This document shows positions 35,519-46,224 of a DNA stretch of 64,000 bases, one piece after another. The position numbers and the translations under genes were made by a program. Where the stretch lies: the IMG/VR virus record IMGVR_UViG_3300033153_010139, positions 1 through 64,000 of that record. One strand, 5' to 3'. The notes under the pieces were generated by a model. It had not been told where the DNA came from. It worked only from the letters and a program-made list of their open reading frames with translations, and ran no database searches. Position 1 is the stretch's first letter; every line of letters starts with the position of its first letter. This stretch comes from a virus.

Positions 35519-36934
35519 ATGGCGAAGCTACTGGCGTTCCAGCGAAACGTGGGCAAGGTTGTGACGATCGACACGATCAACAACACGCTCACGGTGCTCG
35601 GGTTGGTGCATCCCACCAATGTCGAGAACACGGACAGGTTCGGGCTCCGCACGCGCAACAACATTGCCGTGTTCAAGGGCGCCCCGTTCTTGCTCTACCG
35701 GGAGTCCGTGGCGATGGAGACGCGCGTAGCGCTCTACGCGACCGGGTTCTGGGTTGACCAGGCAAGCGCAACGCTGTCCGACCCGGCCACCGGCTACCGC
35801 TCGCCGACTGCGCTGCACGTTGAGCAGGACAAGCTCGTGTCCATCACGCAGATCAACCAGGACGGCACGGTGGACGCCATCGAGGCGATGACATCCACCG
35901 ACGGGATCGCTTGGACGGCCGCCGTGTCGCGCGCGATGCCGACGATGCCTGCCGACAGTCGCGGCGGGCACTCCATCAACTGGCGGAACGCCATTTGGGT
36001 CGCGACGCCCGACGGCCTGCTCTACTTCGACGTGGCCGGCAACGCGTGGACGACGACCTTCGATCCGGGCGACGACTCGGGCATCGCCGGGCAGGAAGTC
36101 CTGATGGGCTCCTTCGCCTTCTGGAACAACGACCTCTACTTCGCGCTGCCCGGCGCTTCCGTGCGGATCTACAAGCTGGCGTCCGACTGGGACCTGGCCG
36201 CGCCGGCACCGGCGCCTGCGTGGACGAACATCAGCGCGACGGGCATCGTGAGTGTGGGAACGTTCACGCCGGGCGCCGACTCCAGCGGCGTGTGCCTGTT
36301 CGTTGGGCCAGCTGACGACAGCCTCTACCTGCTCTACTCGGCGCAGCTCGGCACCATGATGGCGAAAACGACGGCCGCGGACTACCCGGCCTTCACGGAC
36401 GTTACGGATCCTTACGTGCCCGCCGCGCTCAGGTCAGAGACGCACTTTGACATCTCGCACTACGTGGACGACAGGCGCAGCGTCGCCGAGCTGCATTCGT
36501 TCCTGTTCCGGTCCCCGATGAGCGGCGACACCCGGCTTCTCTCGTGGGATGGCGTGTCTGAGCTTGACGTGCGTACGACGCTGTCCGGCATCTCGGTCAT
36601 GCCGCCGCACGAGCGGTTCGGCGCGCTGCGCACCTACACCGCGTGGCAGCCAGGCTGCTACATCCTATCGACGTCGGCCCCGTTCCCCGGGCGCGTCCAG
36701 ATTGAGTACGAGGTTCGCGACATCTCGTCGCGTCCGGTGGACATCTTCGGCGAGTACTCGATCGACGGCGACGAGTGGCTGCCCATGTCCCAAGGCGACG
36801 GAGACGACGGCAACGAGCAAATCTCCACCACGCCTCCCGGTCAGCACACGTTCTATTGGGATGCGTGGACGGATCTGACCGGCACCCACGACAATATGCG
36901 TATGCGCATCGTCGCCAGGATCTCTGGGGTCTAA
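35519..36934 (+). CDS. virion protein, beta-propeller-like
   Basis: Beta-rich with Trp/aromatic spacing; AGGAG RBS. Confidence 0.55.
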   Translation: MAKLLAFQRNVGKVVTIDTINNTLTVLGLVHPTNVENTDRFGLRTRNNIAVFKGAPFLLYRESVAMETRVALYATGFWVDQASATLSDPATGYRSPTALHVEQDKLVSITQINQDGTVDAIEAMTSTDGIAWTAAVSRAMPTMPADSRGGHSINWRNAIWVATPDGLLYFDVAGNAWTTTFDPGDDSGIAGQEVLMGSFAFWNNDLYFALPGASVRIYKLASDWDLAAPAPAPAWTNISATGIVSVGTFTPGADSSGVCLFVGPADDSLYLLYSAQLGTMMAKTTAADYPAFTDVTDPYVPAALRSETHFDISHYVDDRRSVAELHSFLFRSPMSGDTRLLSWDGVSELDVRTTLSGISVMPPHERFGALRTYTAWQPGCYILSTSAPFPGRVQIEYEVRDISSRPVDIFGEYSIDGDEWLPMSQGDGDDGNEQISTTPPGQHTFYWDAWTDLTGTHDNMRMRIVARISGV

Positions 36935-36958
36935 GATGGCGCTAATAGGAGGCCGACC

Positions 36959-37426
36959 GTGAGCTTGAGCATTCACCCTGGCGCCACGATGCCGCTGTCG
37001 CTGACCGTCGCCGACGGCGCCACCGGCAAGTACCCGCAGGCCGAGGTCTACGCGGACGACGGCACGCTGCTCGGTACCTACGACCTGACCCACCGAGGGA
37101 ACGGCCTCTACACCAACAACCTGCAGACGATGCCGACGTCCCACGAGTTCGTGACCGCCGTCTACGTCGTCTACAACGACGCCGGCCACACGGTCGAGTC
37201 CACGACGCACCTGCGCGCGTCGGACATCTTCGCGCCGGACCCCACTGTCCGTGGCACCGATGTCGTGGACGGCACCATCGACGTGATGGAAGCGCTGAAG
37301 CGCGGGAACGCGAACGCCGCCGGCAAGATCGTGCGGACGGCGGCGCACTACGCCTACAAGGCCGAAGACGGCGTCACGACGGTCTACGCGTTCGACGACA
37401 ACGACACCGAGCGAACGCCGGCATAG
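36959..37426 (+). CDS. virion structural protein
   Basis: GGAGG RBS; clean ORF in the structural operon. Confidence 0.55.
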   Translation: MSLSIHPGATMPLSLTVADGATGKYPQAEVYADDGTLLGTYDLTHRGNGLYTNNLQTMPTSHEFVTAVYVVYNDAGHTVESTTHLRASDIFAPDPTVRGTDVVDGTIDVMEALKRGNANAAGKIVRTAAHYAYKAEDGVTTVYAFDDNDTERTPA

Positions 37427-37437
37427 GGAGAATCTGA

Positions 37438-39012
37438 ATGGCAACTGCTGGCATAGTCGGCGGCGCTGGCGGCGGCGGCGGCTGGATCATGATCAGGGAC
37501 ATTACCCCGACGACCACCGGGGCCGTCGGCACGAAGACCTACCAGACGCCGGAGAACGACGTTCTCCAAACGGCCGTCAGCAGCACGCTCGACATGGACG
37601 TGCTCGTCAACGCAACCGGCCCGAAGGTCACGGTCAATGGCGTCGTCGGGAACCTGACGAAGATCGCCAGCGAGTCCTACTACGCTGGCACCGTGTCCAT
37701 CTCGGTCACCGGCTCCGGCAACGTGGTGGCGATCCAGGTGCTCCCGGACGACTCGAACGGGGCCGAGGCGAGTGTTGTGGTCACGGTCCAAGCCGGGCCG
37801 GTTGTTCTGACCTGCACGTTCGGCGGCGGCTACCCAGGCGGGCAGACCGAGCTGAAGGCCGGCGACACTTTCCAGATCCTCGGCACGACCGACATAGCGG
37901 CCAACCTGATCGAGATCTCGGACTTCGGGGCGTGCGTTTTCGCCTCCATCGCGGTCGTGTCCGGCACCGCCTTCAACATCACCGGCACCATCGCGGATCG
38001 CGGCACGACCGTTCAAGACCTCGCCGCGCGCGTGAGAGCGCGCAACGCCTCGCTCGCGTTCGGCGCCACGTTCGACACGAACACGGCCGGCAGTACCGAC
38101 GGTGTTCACACGGTGAAGTGCAACAACCGCTACCCCGCCTTCACCGACAACGGCACGACGTTCCCCGGCGGGCAGACGGCCTTCAAGGGTACCGAAGCTG
38201 GCAGCCAGGACACGTCGGTCTCGTACTTCGACACGCTCGCCTACTCGTCACCGCATGGCGACTTCGCGATCGGTTCGCCGACGGCTTACGTACAGAACAA
38301 GCCGATCACCTGCACGAACCCTGGCGACTACAACGACTCGGCAACGAACTTCACGATCATCGCCACGCGCTCGGCCAACGCGGCGGTCTCGGTGTTCACC
38401 AAGACGATCGAGGTGGCCGACGTCGCTCCGGTGGTCACGGTCGCCCAGCCAGCTGCCCGCTTGCGCAGCGGCGGGAACGACAGCACGGCGGCCCAGAACC
38501 ACGTGATCACGGCGACCAGCAACCAGAACCTCGCCGCTGCGCCGCCTCTCACCGTGCCGGTTGCCGGCACGTGGCAAGGCGGCGGCTTCGTCGGCGGTCC
38601 CAAGGTCTGGACCAGGACGATCCAGATCCACGACAACGACGCGAAGGGTACGGCGGCGTGGGCCTTCACCGCGCCGCCGGTGAACAACGCCGGAACGTCG
38701 GCGACCATCGCCGGTAACCAGGTCAACGGCGGCTTCGTGGTGCGCAACGTGACGTTCGCCGCGTTCAGCCAGACGGCAACGATCGGCGCCGAGGTCGTCA
38801 CGTACACCAAGCTCACGGCCGGGATCTTCACGGCCACCAGCAACGCCTCGATACGGAACGCTGTCCAAGGCAACACGTCGGACCTCTTGGACACCTACAC
38901 CGTGCTGGCGCTTGCCGTGAACCCGACCACGGTTCACTGGAACGACGTCGCCGCCGCGTCCTCGAACAGCGGCGGCACGGCGCAGCTCCTATCGCTTGAG
39001 GAGGCTGTGTGA
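37438..39012 (+). CDS. virion protein, Ig-like and Thr-rich
   Basis: Thr/Ala/Gly beta-rich; repeated (Y/F)PGGQT. Confidence 0.6.
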   Translation: MATAGIVGGAGGGGGWIMIRDITPTTTGAVGTKTYQTPENDVLQTAVSSTLDMDVLVNATGPKVTVNGVVGNLTKIASESYYAGTVSISVTGSGNVVAIQVLPDDSNGAEASVVVTVQAGPVVLTCTFGGGYPGGQTELKAGDTFQILGTTDIAANLIEISDFGACVFASIAVVSGTAFNITGTIADRGTTVQDLAARVRARNASLAFGATFDTNTAGSTDGVHTVKCNNRYPAFTDNGTTFPGGQTAFKGTEAGSQDTSVSYFDTLAYSSPHGDFAIGSPTAYVQNKPITCTNPGDYNDSATNFTIIATRSANAAVSVFTKTIEVADVAPVVTVAQPAARLRSGGNDSTAAQNHVITATSNQNLAAAPPLTVPVAGTWQGGGFVGGPKVWTRTIQIHDNDAKGTAAWAFTAPPVNNAGTSATIAGNQVNGGFVVRNVTFAAFSQTATIGAEVVTYTKLTAGIFTATSNASIRNAVQGNTSDLLDTYTVLALAVNPTTVHWNDVAAASSNSGGTAQLLSLEEAV

Positions 39013-39278
39013 GCGCTGCGGCTCCGATTTACACGGCCGGATGGTTCGGCGTCTCGGACAATGCTCTGACCAGCTCGGCGCTGGCCATCTACACAGAAGG
39101 GTGGTTCCTGCAGCCGCTCCAGCTTCGGCCGATCTGCCCGGGAAACCCGCTTGACGAGATCAACGAGGAGCGGAAGCGTACCGGGCAGCTCAAGGAGTAC
39201 ATCACGCCAGGCACCGGCTCAACGGAGAGTCCCGGGATCATGGGCAGCAGCACCGGCGAAGACCAGGTGGTGCTGTAG
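39009..39278 (+). CDS. hypothetical protein
   Basis: GTGA-coupled; IYT(A/E)GWF repeated. Confidence 0.5.
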   Translation: MSAAAPIYTAGWFGVSDNALTSSALAIYTEGWFLQPLQLRPICPGNPLDEINEERKRTGQLKEYITPGTGSTESPGIMGSSTGEDQVVL

Positions 39279-41206
39279 TGCCCCTACCCGCACACGCGTT
39301 CGACAAGACAGAGATCAAGGTCCGCTACGGCGAGCGGTACGTTTCTCAGGCCGTGAACAAGAAGTTCCTGGGCTTCCCGTTCGGCGTCTACCGTGGCTTC
39401 ACGCCCGCGACGACGGCCGGTTCGCTGGTGCTCAGGCTAGAGCCGGACGGCATCACCGGCACCTCCCTCGCGCGGGCGCAATCGACGACCGAGCTGGTCT
39501 CGGTGGACATCGTGATCGATGCGGTCGTCCAGCTGGACTTCAGCGACCACGACTTCGGCACCGAGCCGACGGCCTATGCCATGGTCCGGGCCGCGGCGTC
39601 GCTCGGCGGGGCAACGTCCGGCGAGGTGTTCACGCGCGCGACGGGCCCGGCCGACCTGACCGAACAACTGCTCTGCGTTGTCACGAAGCCGGCGGCCGAT
39701 CTGGAGATCGCTGCCGATCCGGCGGCAGGCCCGGCGGTGGAGAGGGATACCCCCTACGCTTACGCTGGCGCTCCGATGGGCTACGGGTTTATGGCCAGCG
39801 GCGCGGTCGAGCAGATCAGCGCTGCGGTCGCGATGGTCGGCGAAGTCGAGGACAGCCGTACCGATCTTGACGACGTCTACCACGACTGGGATCCGCTGGA
39901 CGTGACCCCGCCGCCAGGGGTCGAGCTTGGCCTGGCGGATCGAATCGTGGCCGACCTGCAACCGGACGCGATAGCTGGCCGACTTGGGCTCGTTTACCGG
40001 GTGGTTCGCAGCAACGAGCACACGACGGCGATCGAAACCAGCGAGGTCAACGTGTCGTCGTCGTTCACGGAGACGGCCAGGCTCCGTCTTCCGGTGCTCA
40101 CGCTCGACGGCGGCGGCTCCGAGACGCAAGTCGGAGTTGTCACCGACGACGACGCCGAGGCCAGGAACGTCTGCTTCGTTGCGGAAGCCGGCACGAACAA
40201 CCGGCCGGTGGACAACGAGCGGCGCGTGGCTTTCGGTCGTCTGGAGTACGCGCAGCTCGATCTCACCGGAACGCTCACGTTCAGCGCCGTGTCGGCAACC
40301 GTAACCGGCAACGGCACCGACTTCGCCGATCCGACTCAGATTCAGATTGGCGACAGCGTGCAGGCGCCGGACGGCCTCCACTACACGGTCATCAACGTTG
40401 TAAATCCGGTCACGTTGACGCTCGACCAGATCCCGACCGCCGGCGGCGTGGCGCTCTCGACGTTGAGGCGACGGTGGCTGCTCAAGCTGTTCACGAGGTC
40501 GGAGTTGGGCGAGTCTCCGTTTTCGCTTGCGGCGGGCCTGACGATTCGGTTCTTCTGCGGCGCGTGGTTCGGCATCGGCGCATCGGTCTACGACGCGACG
40601 CTGGAGATGTTCGAGGGTGGCGAGGACGAGCCGCTGCCTTCAGCGGCACCGAGCATTGAGGGAAAGGTGCAGATGTACCCCGGACTGACGGGGGCCAAGG
40701 CCGGGGCGATCCAGAACATCCAGATTCGCGGCGCTGCAGTCGGGTCCGGCGTTCCGGTGCATTCGCTAGGCTTCGATGGAGCGGCCGATGCAGCCGGCGG
40801 CGTCGTGGACGTCACGATGACCGGCGAAACCGGGGACCAGGGAGATCAGGGAACCGGCACAGGGCCGCCAGGCGATCCCGGCACGCCCGGCACTGGCCTG
40901 AGTACCAGCACGCTGTTCAACGCGGTGTACTTTCCAGGAGGAGGCGACGCGGCGCACGCGCTAACGCACTCGGTCAACTTCGGCGCGCCGATCAAGTACC
41001 TCCACGGCGGGCCATGCTTCTGGCAGCGCTCTGTGGCGTGGCCCGGCGGTCCGGTGGTTTACTGGTGGCGCGGCTCGGACTACTTCGACATAACGTCGGT
41101 CTACAGGACGGGCACGAGCAATGAGATTGGTGTGGTAGACGACACGTATCACGCTACGCAGTGGGGCGGGACCTTCCGAGGTCTGTACCTTAACGGGGCG
41201 ACGTAG
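39278..41206 (+). CDS. tail fibre-like protein, paralog A
   Basis: Shared N-domain (PFGVYRGF) and RNVCF motif; short collagen G-X-Y run; distinct C-tip. Confidence 0.65.
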   Translation: MPLPAHAFDKTEIKVRYGERYVSQAVNKKFLGFPFGVYRGFTPATTAGSLVLRLEPDGITGTSLARAQSTTELVSVDIVIDAVVQLDFSDHDFGTEPTAYAMVRAAASLGGATSGEVFTRATGPADLTEQLLCVVTKPAADLEIAADPAAGPAVERDTPYAYAGAPMGYGFMASGAVEQISAAVAMVGEVEDSRTDLDDVYHDWDPLDVTPPPGVELGLADRIVADLQPDAIAGRLGLVYRVVRSNEHTTAIETSEVNVSSSFTETARLRLPVLTLDGGGSETQVGVVTDDDAEARNVCFVAEAGTNNRPVDNERRVAFGRLEYAQLDLTGTLTFSAVSATVTGNGTDFADPTQIQIGDSVQAPDGLHYTVINVVNPVTLTLDQIPTAGGVALSTLRRRWLLKLFTRSELGESPFSLAAGLTIRFFCGAWFGIGASVYDATLEMFEGGEDEPLPSAAPSIEGKVQMYPGLTGAKAGAIQNIQIRGAAVGSGVPVHSLGFDGAADAAGGVVDVTMTGETGDQGDQGTGTGPPGDPGTPGTGLSTSTLFNAVYFPGGGDAAHALTHSVNFGAPIKYLHGGPCFWQRSVAWPGGPVVYWWRGSDYFDITSVYRTGTSNEIGVVDDTYHATQWGGTFRGLYLNGAT

Positions 41207-43365
41207 TGGCCATATTCCCACAGCAGTACTTCACGCGCGACAATGTGCCGATGCGGACCGGTCCGCGTGGCGAGCGCGAGTCGTTCAATTCGGCGGCGCT
41301 CGCTCGCAAGTTCGCCGGACCGCCGAAAGGCGTTTACGTTGGATTCACGCCGACCGCGCTCGGCAGCGTGCTAACGCTCGCGCCGGATCCGACGATGGGC
41401 TACTCGCTGCTGAAGGTCCACTCGTCGGAGGATCCAGCTGGCGTGGACATCGTGATTACCGGCTCGATTACGCTGGACTTCGCGACCGCGTCGCCGTCGG
41501 ACTTCCTCCCCGATGGTGTGCAAGTCGTCGCGCAAGCGGCCTATCGGGAGGCCGCCGAGGCAACGGCTGACATCACGACGCGCCCCAAGACGGCGACGAC
41601 GCTTGAGGCGACCATCGGCGCGTCGGACGCGGCCTTCGATCTGGACTTGGTGTCGGACCTGGCCACGGCGCCGGGCTCCATCAGCATTTCTGTCGTCATG
41701 CCGGGGCCAATCGCGGACACGATTACCGACGACGGGCTCGGTAACCTGGTCAGCGCTGGCGTAGCGCTACCAAGCGGCGGAACGATCGACTACCAGACCG
41801 GCGCGATGACTGGCGTGACGGCTCTGCTCGCCGCCCTCTCGCCGGTCTACCTTACGCGCACGCAAGCTGTTCGTCGTGACGAGGTCTTGCTCTGCCGGAT
41901 CACAGGCATTCCTGGCGCGATCGTTGTGCACAGCACGCTGGCCACGGACCGGGACAGACCGCTGGCGGCCGGTGCGGCGGACTTGGAGTTCGGGTTCATG
42001 CCGCCCACGAGCATGGAAGCGCTCGCCGCCGCAGTCGAGATCGTGAACGAAGTCGGCGATGCTCGTGTTGACCTGCAAAATACGACGCACGCGAGCCTCA
42101 AGGAGCGGATCGACTACGATCTCGGCGCCGAAGCAATGGGCCTGCGGCTCGGGAAGGTGGTCAAGCTCATCCGCAGCAACGCCTATTCTGCTCCGGCTGG
42201 CGCGCCACAGGTCAACATCTCCGGGTCCATGAGCGAAGTCAACCGCGACTACGAGCCCAAGCTCACGTTTGCGGGCAGCGGCTCGGAAACGTCGGCCGGA
42301 GTGATCACTGCACCGGACGATGCCGTGCGGAACGCGGCAATCGTCGTGGATGCCGGAACAGGTGAACGGCTCATCGACAACGCCACCGACAGAAACATCG
42401 TGATCGGCAGAATCGAGCAGGCCGACGACGAGGTGCTCGACGGCGTACTGACATTCACGAACGCGCTGACCATTGTTTCAGGCGACGATTCCTCGGCGTT
42501 CACGGCACAGCTCGAAGCCGGAGACACGATCCAAGGACCGGACGGTCGGCTCTACGAGGTCGGCGCCGTCATCGACGACGGTCAGCTGGTCTTGCGGGAC
42601 GCTTACCTGAGCGCCACCGCGTCAAGCGCGAGTCTGCTCAGGCGACGCTTCCTGCTCAAGTTCATTTCGGCGGCCACCGGCGCGGAGATGGAGCACGAGC
42701 TGGAGGCGGCGGCCACGCTTGAGCTGTTCTTCGCGGTGTTCATGTCGCACGCGCAGGCCAACTTCCACAACGCGCTCGTGATGCAACGATCCGGCGCGCG
42801 TCCGCCTGTGCCGGACGCGTCGCTAACGGTGCCCGGCAAGGTCGAGCTGGCCGGGGCCGTGTCGCCCTACGCCGGCGCCGTCAACCTACAACAGCGCGGC
42901 GCGGACGTCGCGCCGGGCGGGCAGTTCCACACGCTCAACTTCACGGCCGCTGAAGCGCAGCTTGCTGAGCTGTCCGAGGGCAGTGTCGAGGTGCTGGGGA
43001 TCGGGCCGAAGGGGATCAAAGGGCTCGGCGGCGGGCCTGGGCCAAAAGGCCCGGACGGAGACCCCGGCCTGTCTTACAACAACATCTCCACGCTCGTGAC
43101 GAGCGAGGAGCACTATCTCTCCGGCACAGCGACCAGCTCGGTTAGTCTCACGCAGGATTTCGGATTCAACATCGGCATGTTGTCCGGTGGTATTGCTAGA
43201 TTCCGTTCCGGGAACGTCTACACCGGTGGTGACTGGGTTGAGGTTCTCGATATACGGATCGAGAACAACGGGAACGGTGATCCGCAGATCGGCGTAATTG
43301 AGGCGCGAGGCAACGGTGACACCTACGCCGTGCTCTACTTGGATGCGGCGGGATACACAGCCTGA
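41206..43365 (+). CDS. tail fibre-like protein, paralog B
   Basis: PKGVYVGF; FHTLNF; GPKGIKG..GPKGPDGDPG. Confidence 0.65.
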   Translation: MAIFPQQYFTRDNVPMRTGPRGERESFNSAALARKFAGPPKGVYVGFTPTALGSVLTLAPDPTMGYSLLKVHSSEDPAGVDIVITGSITLDFATASPSDFLPDGVQVVAQAAYREAAEATADITTRPKTATTLEATIGASDAAFDLDLVSDLATAPGSISISVVMPGPIADTITDDGLGNLVSAGVALPSGGTIDYQTGAMTGVTALLAALSPVYLTRTQAVRRDEVLLCRITGIPGAIVVHSTLATDRDRPLAAGAADLEFGFMPPTSMEALAAAVEIVNEVGDARVDLQNTTHASLKERIDYDLGAEAMGLRLGKVVKLIRSNAYSAPAGAPQVNISGSMSEVNRDYEPKLTFAGSGSETSAGVITAPDDAVRNAAIVVDAGTGERLIDNATDRNIVIGRIEQADDEVLDGVLTFTNALTIVSGDDSSAFTAQLEAGDTIQGPDGRLYEVGAVIDDGQLVLRDAYLSATASSASLLRRRFLLKFISAATGAEMEHELEAAATLELFFAVFMSHAQANFHNALVMQRSGARPPVPDASLTVPGKVELAGAVSPYAGAVNLQQRGADVAPGGQFHTLNFTAAEAQLAELSEGSVEVLGIGPKGIKGLGGGPGPKGPDGDPGLSYNNISTLVTSEEHYLSGTATSSVSLTQDFGFNIGMLSGGIARFRSGNVYTGGDWVEVLDIRIENNGNGDPQIGVIEARGNGDTYAVLYLDAAGYTA

Positions 43366-45287
43366 TGGCGAACTTCCCTACATACAGCTTCTCGGAAGAC
43401 AGCGTGGAAGTTCGCTTTCGCGAGCAGCGAATGTCCGACTCTGTGGGCCGCCGCTGCTTCGCGCTACCGCACGGCGTCTACGTCGGCTACGAGCCGCAAG
43501 TTCAGTCGGGTTCCCAAGTGCTCTCGCTGGCGATCGACTCCCGAGTCGGCTTCTCCAGCTTGAAGGTCGGTTCGCAGAGCCTCCCGGTGCAGGTGGACGT
43601 CTTCACGAAGGAGACGGTCACACTCAACTTCACCGGCCACACGCAGTTCCCCGTCTTCGTGATCGCCCGCGCTGACTGCGCAAAGGACTCGCACACGCAG
43701 GGGCGCATCCTCACGAGAACCGCAGGCGCCGCAGGTCCGCAAGAGATCAACATCTGCAAGGTGGACAAGCCGGACGCCGACCTGACCCTGGACGTGTCCA
43801 TTCCAGCGAGCCGCCACTTGCCGGTTGCTCACGAAGGGCAGGCGTTCGGCTACATGCTGCCCGGATCGGCCGAAGACATCATCTTCGCCCAGTCGGTGAC
43901 CGCCGAGGTCATTCGCTCGCGCTACTCGCTCGCGACGCCGGATCCGCTCCCGCCCACTCCACCGCCAGCTGGACAGAAGCTCAACGACCGCTTGGCGCTT
44001 GACCTGTCCGCCGACTACCTCGCATCCCAAATGGGGTTGCGGAACAACATTCTCGTGGCCAACGCTAAGACGCTGCCGGCCGGCGGCAGCTCGGCAAACG
44101 TCTCCGGGTCATTCGCGGGCACCAGCCGCGAGTTCGAGCCGAAGATGACGCTAGCCCCCGGCGGGTCCGAATCCGCCGAGGGCGCGATCACCGCTCCGGC
44201 CGACGCCGTCCGCAACGTCTGTTTCCTGGTGAATGACGCGACCGGTCTGCGGGTCATCGACGCCGGCCGTCACCCGGTCTACGGGCGCCTGTCTGCATCG
44301 GCTGTAACACCGTTCTCCGGCACGATAACGTTCACGAACGCGCAGACGGCCGTGGTGGGCGTGGCGACGAGTTTCCAGACGGAGCTGGAGGTCGGTGACA
44401 TCATTGTCGGCGACGACGGCGTGTGGTACGAGATCGAGGCGATCCCGTCGCAGACCGATCTGGAGCTGTCGGCCGCTTACCAGGGCGTGACCGTGGCCGG
44501 CGTCGGTTCGAGCTACAGGCGCTACACGCTCTCGTTCTTCTCGCGCGGTACCGGGTCTGAGGCGGTGCATACGCTGGCCGAGCCGGTGAACATGCGGTTC
44601 TTCTTCTCCGCTTGGAACCGCGTTGATCGCCCGGCGTTCGACGCTATCGCGTTCATGCACCGCACCGGTGAACGTCCAGTGCTCGGCGAAGCGTCTGGAA
44701 CGCTCGCTGGGCGCATTCTGCTGGCTGCCGCGGGCGCCAAGGCCGGGGCCATCCGCACGGTCACGGACGACCAGGTCTCGGTCGGCGACAACTTCCACAC
44801 GCTCAATTTCTCGGCGGACAACGCGGTAGTCACGCCGGCAGGCACAGGCGTTGCGAACGTCGTTGTGCAGGGCGACCAAGGTCCGCTCGGCCCGGGATCG
44901 ATAGAGGGCCCGCAGGGTCCAATCGGCACAGCCGGACCAGGCATGATCCAGTGCATTCCGTTCGTGGTTTCGTCAGATCTGGCCCACGACCCGGGCGGTC
45001 CACTATCCCCGGAAATTCCAGGGGTAATCGGGCTCGGCGGTTCGGGCAAGCAGGGCACTTATACCGTGGACTTCTCGGCAACTACGCCAACGCTCGCTGG
45101 CGAGATCGTACATGCCGTAGGCGGGTTCGCGCTGCTCAGGGCCGGCGGCGACATTCTGGGCTACTGGTACGATGCCGCCGCGTGGCGCATTGATTCCATC
45201 GTTAAGACTGGTCCACTGGTCGTGACGCTAACGTACAGCTTGGGCGGCGCGTCGTCGGCCAGGTTTTTCATAGGAGCATGTGTGTGA
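43365..45287 (+). CDS. tail fibre-like protein, paralog C
   Basis: PHGVYVGY; RNVCF; FHTLNF; GDQGPLGPG. Confidence 0.65.
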   Translation: MANFPTYSFSEDSVEVRFREQRMSDSVGRRCFALPHGVYVGYEPQVQSGSQVLSLAIDSRVGFSSLKVGSQSLPVQVDVFTKETVTLNFTGHTQFPVFVIARADCAKDSHTQGRILTRTAGAAGPQEINICKVDKPDADLTLDVSIPASRHLPVAHEGQAFGYMLPGSAEDIIFAQSVTAEVIRSRYSLATPDPLPPTPPPAGQKLNDRLALDLSADYLASQMGLRNNILVANAKTLPAGGSSANVSGSFAGTSREFEPKMTLAPGGSESAEGAITAPADAVRNVCFLVNDATGLRVIDAGRHPVYGRLSASAVTPFSGTITFTNAQTAVVGVATSFQTELEVGDIIVGDDGVWYEIEAIPSQTDLELSAAYQGVTVAGVGSSYRRYTLSFFSRGTGSEAVHTLAEPVNMRFFFSAWNRVDRPAFDAIAFMHRTGERPVLGEASGTLAGRILLAAAGAKAGAIRTVTDDQVSVGDNFHTLNFSADNAVVTPAGTGVANVVVQGDQGPLGPGSIEGPQGPIGTAGPGMIQCIPFVVSSDLAHDPGGPLSPEIPGVIGLGGSGKQGTYTVDFSATTPTLAGEIVHAVGGFALLRAGGDILGYWYDAAAWRIDSIVKTGPLVVTLTYSLGGASSARFFIGACV

Positions 45288-45874
45288 GGCACCTATTCAG
45301 CTACGGCGCGAATGGCACCATCATCGGCACCCACGCGTACCAGCAGGCTTCGACCGGCCTGCGCGGCTGGCCGGACCACTACGAGTGCGACAATCCGAAC
45401 ACGGAGCAGCCAGACTCTCGCGCGTGGCTTGACGCGCTAACAATGAAACCGGCCGGCGGGTTCATCTTCTACGAATGTCCGCATTCGGGGGCAGAGGACC
45501 CGTGCGTGTGCGCGGCCGAACAGATGGCCGATCACTACGTTGAAGGGAACCTGTTCGTACCGCTTCCAACTGTTGTCGTTCAGCTGAGCGGTGTTGCTGT
45601 AGCAGCGAACACCGTGGTCAGCTATCCAGTCGGAACATTGCTCAAGCTGCAAATCTCTTGTGCCGGGTCTGCCGCTACGGCGGTAGTGGTAGCACAGAGC
45701 AAGAATCCGCAGGTTCTCGATACTACAGAAGCCTGCGTTGAGGCGGTCATGGCCAACGGCATGGCCGAGGAGATCGACGTCTACGCCCCCGCCCAAGGCA
45801 TGGTGGGTGCGCTGTCTATTTCAGGCAGTCGCTTCCGCTCGTTCAATTTCAGCATTCGCGGCTGGGGCTCGTAG
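45278..45874 (+). CDS. hypothetical protein (possible fibre assembly chaperone)
   Basis: Directly after the fibre genes; AGGAG RBS. Confidence 0.5.
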   Translation: MCVRHLFSYGANGTIIGTHAYQQASTGLRGWPDHYECDNPNTEQPDSRAWLDALTMKPAGGFIFYECPHSGAEDPCVCAAEQMADHYVEGNLFVPLPTVVVQLSGVAVAANTVVSYPVGTLLKLQISCAGSAATAVVVAQSKNPQVLDTTEACVEAVMANGMAEEIDVYAPAQGMVGALSISGSRFRSFNFSIRGWGS

Positions 45875-45906
45875 CCCCAGCAACCGCTCAACCGACGGAG
45901 GAAGAA

Positions 45907-46224
45907 ATGAGACGACTCGGAGTAGCGGTGCTCGCGGCGGCGCTGCTGTTGTTCCCAGGCTGTTGTGCCTCGGTCAGCGCAGTCCACCCCGACACCAATG
46001 TGAGCATCGGGAGCTACGTCAAAGCGCTCAAGAAGATCAAGGAGAACGTCGCGACAATGCGCGGCGATCACAAGACGGCGTTGGAGCGCGCGCAGCCACC
46101 GTACGTGCCGGAGCTGGTAGAGGCCGAGCTTGGTCTCTACGACACGACGAACACGCTCTGTGACGACGCGCTGAACGGCACCGAGGACGCGGCGCCGTCG
46201 CCGACCGAAGGCGGTGACGAATGA
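45907..46224 (+). CDS. predicted lipoprotein
   Basis: Signal peptide MRRLGVAVLAAALLLFPGC with lipobox-like Cys. Confidence 0.6.
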   Translation: MRRLGVAVLAAALLLFPGCCASVSAVHPDTNVSIGSYVKALKKIKENVATMRGDHKTALERAQPPYVPELVEAELGLYDTTNTLCDDALNGTEDAAPSPTEGGDE

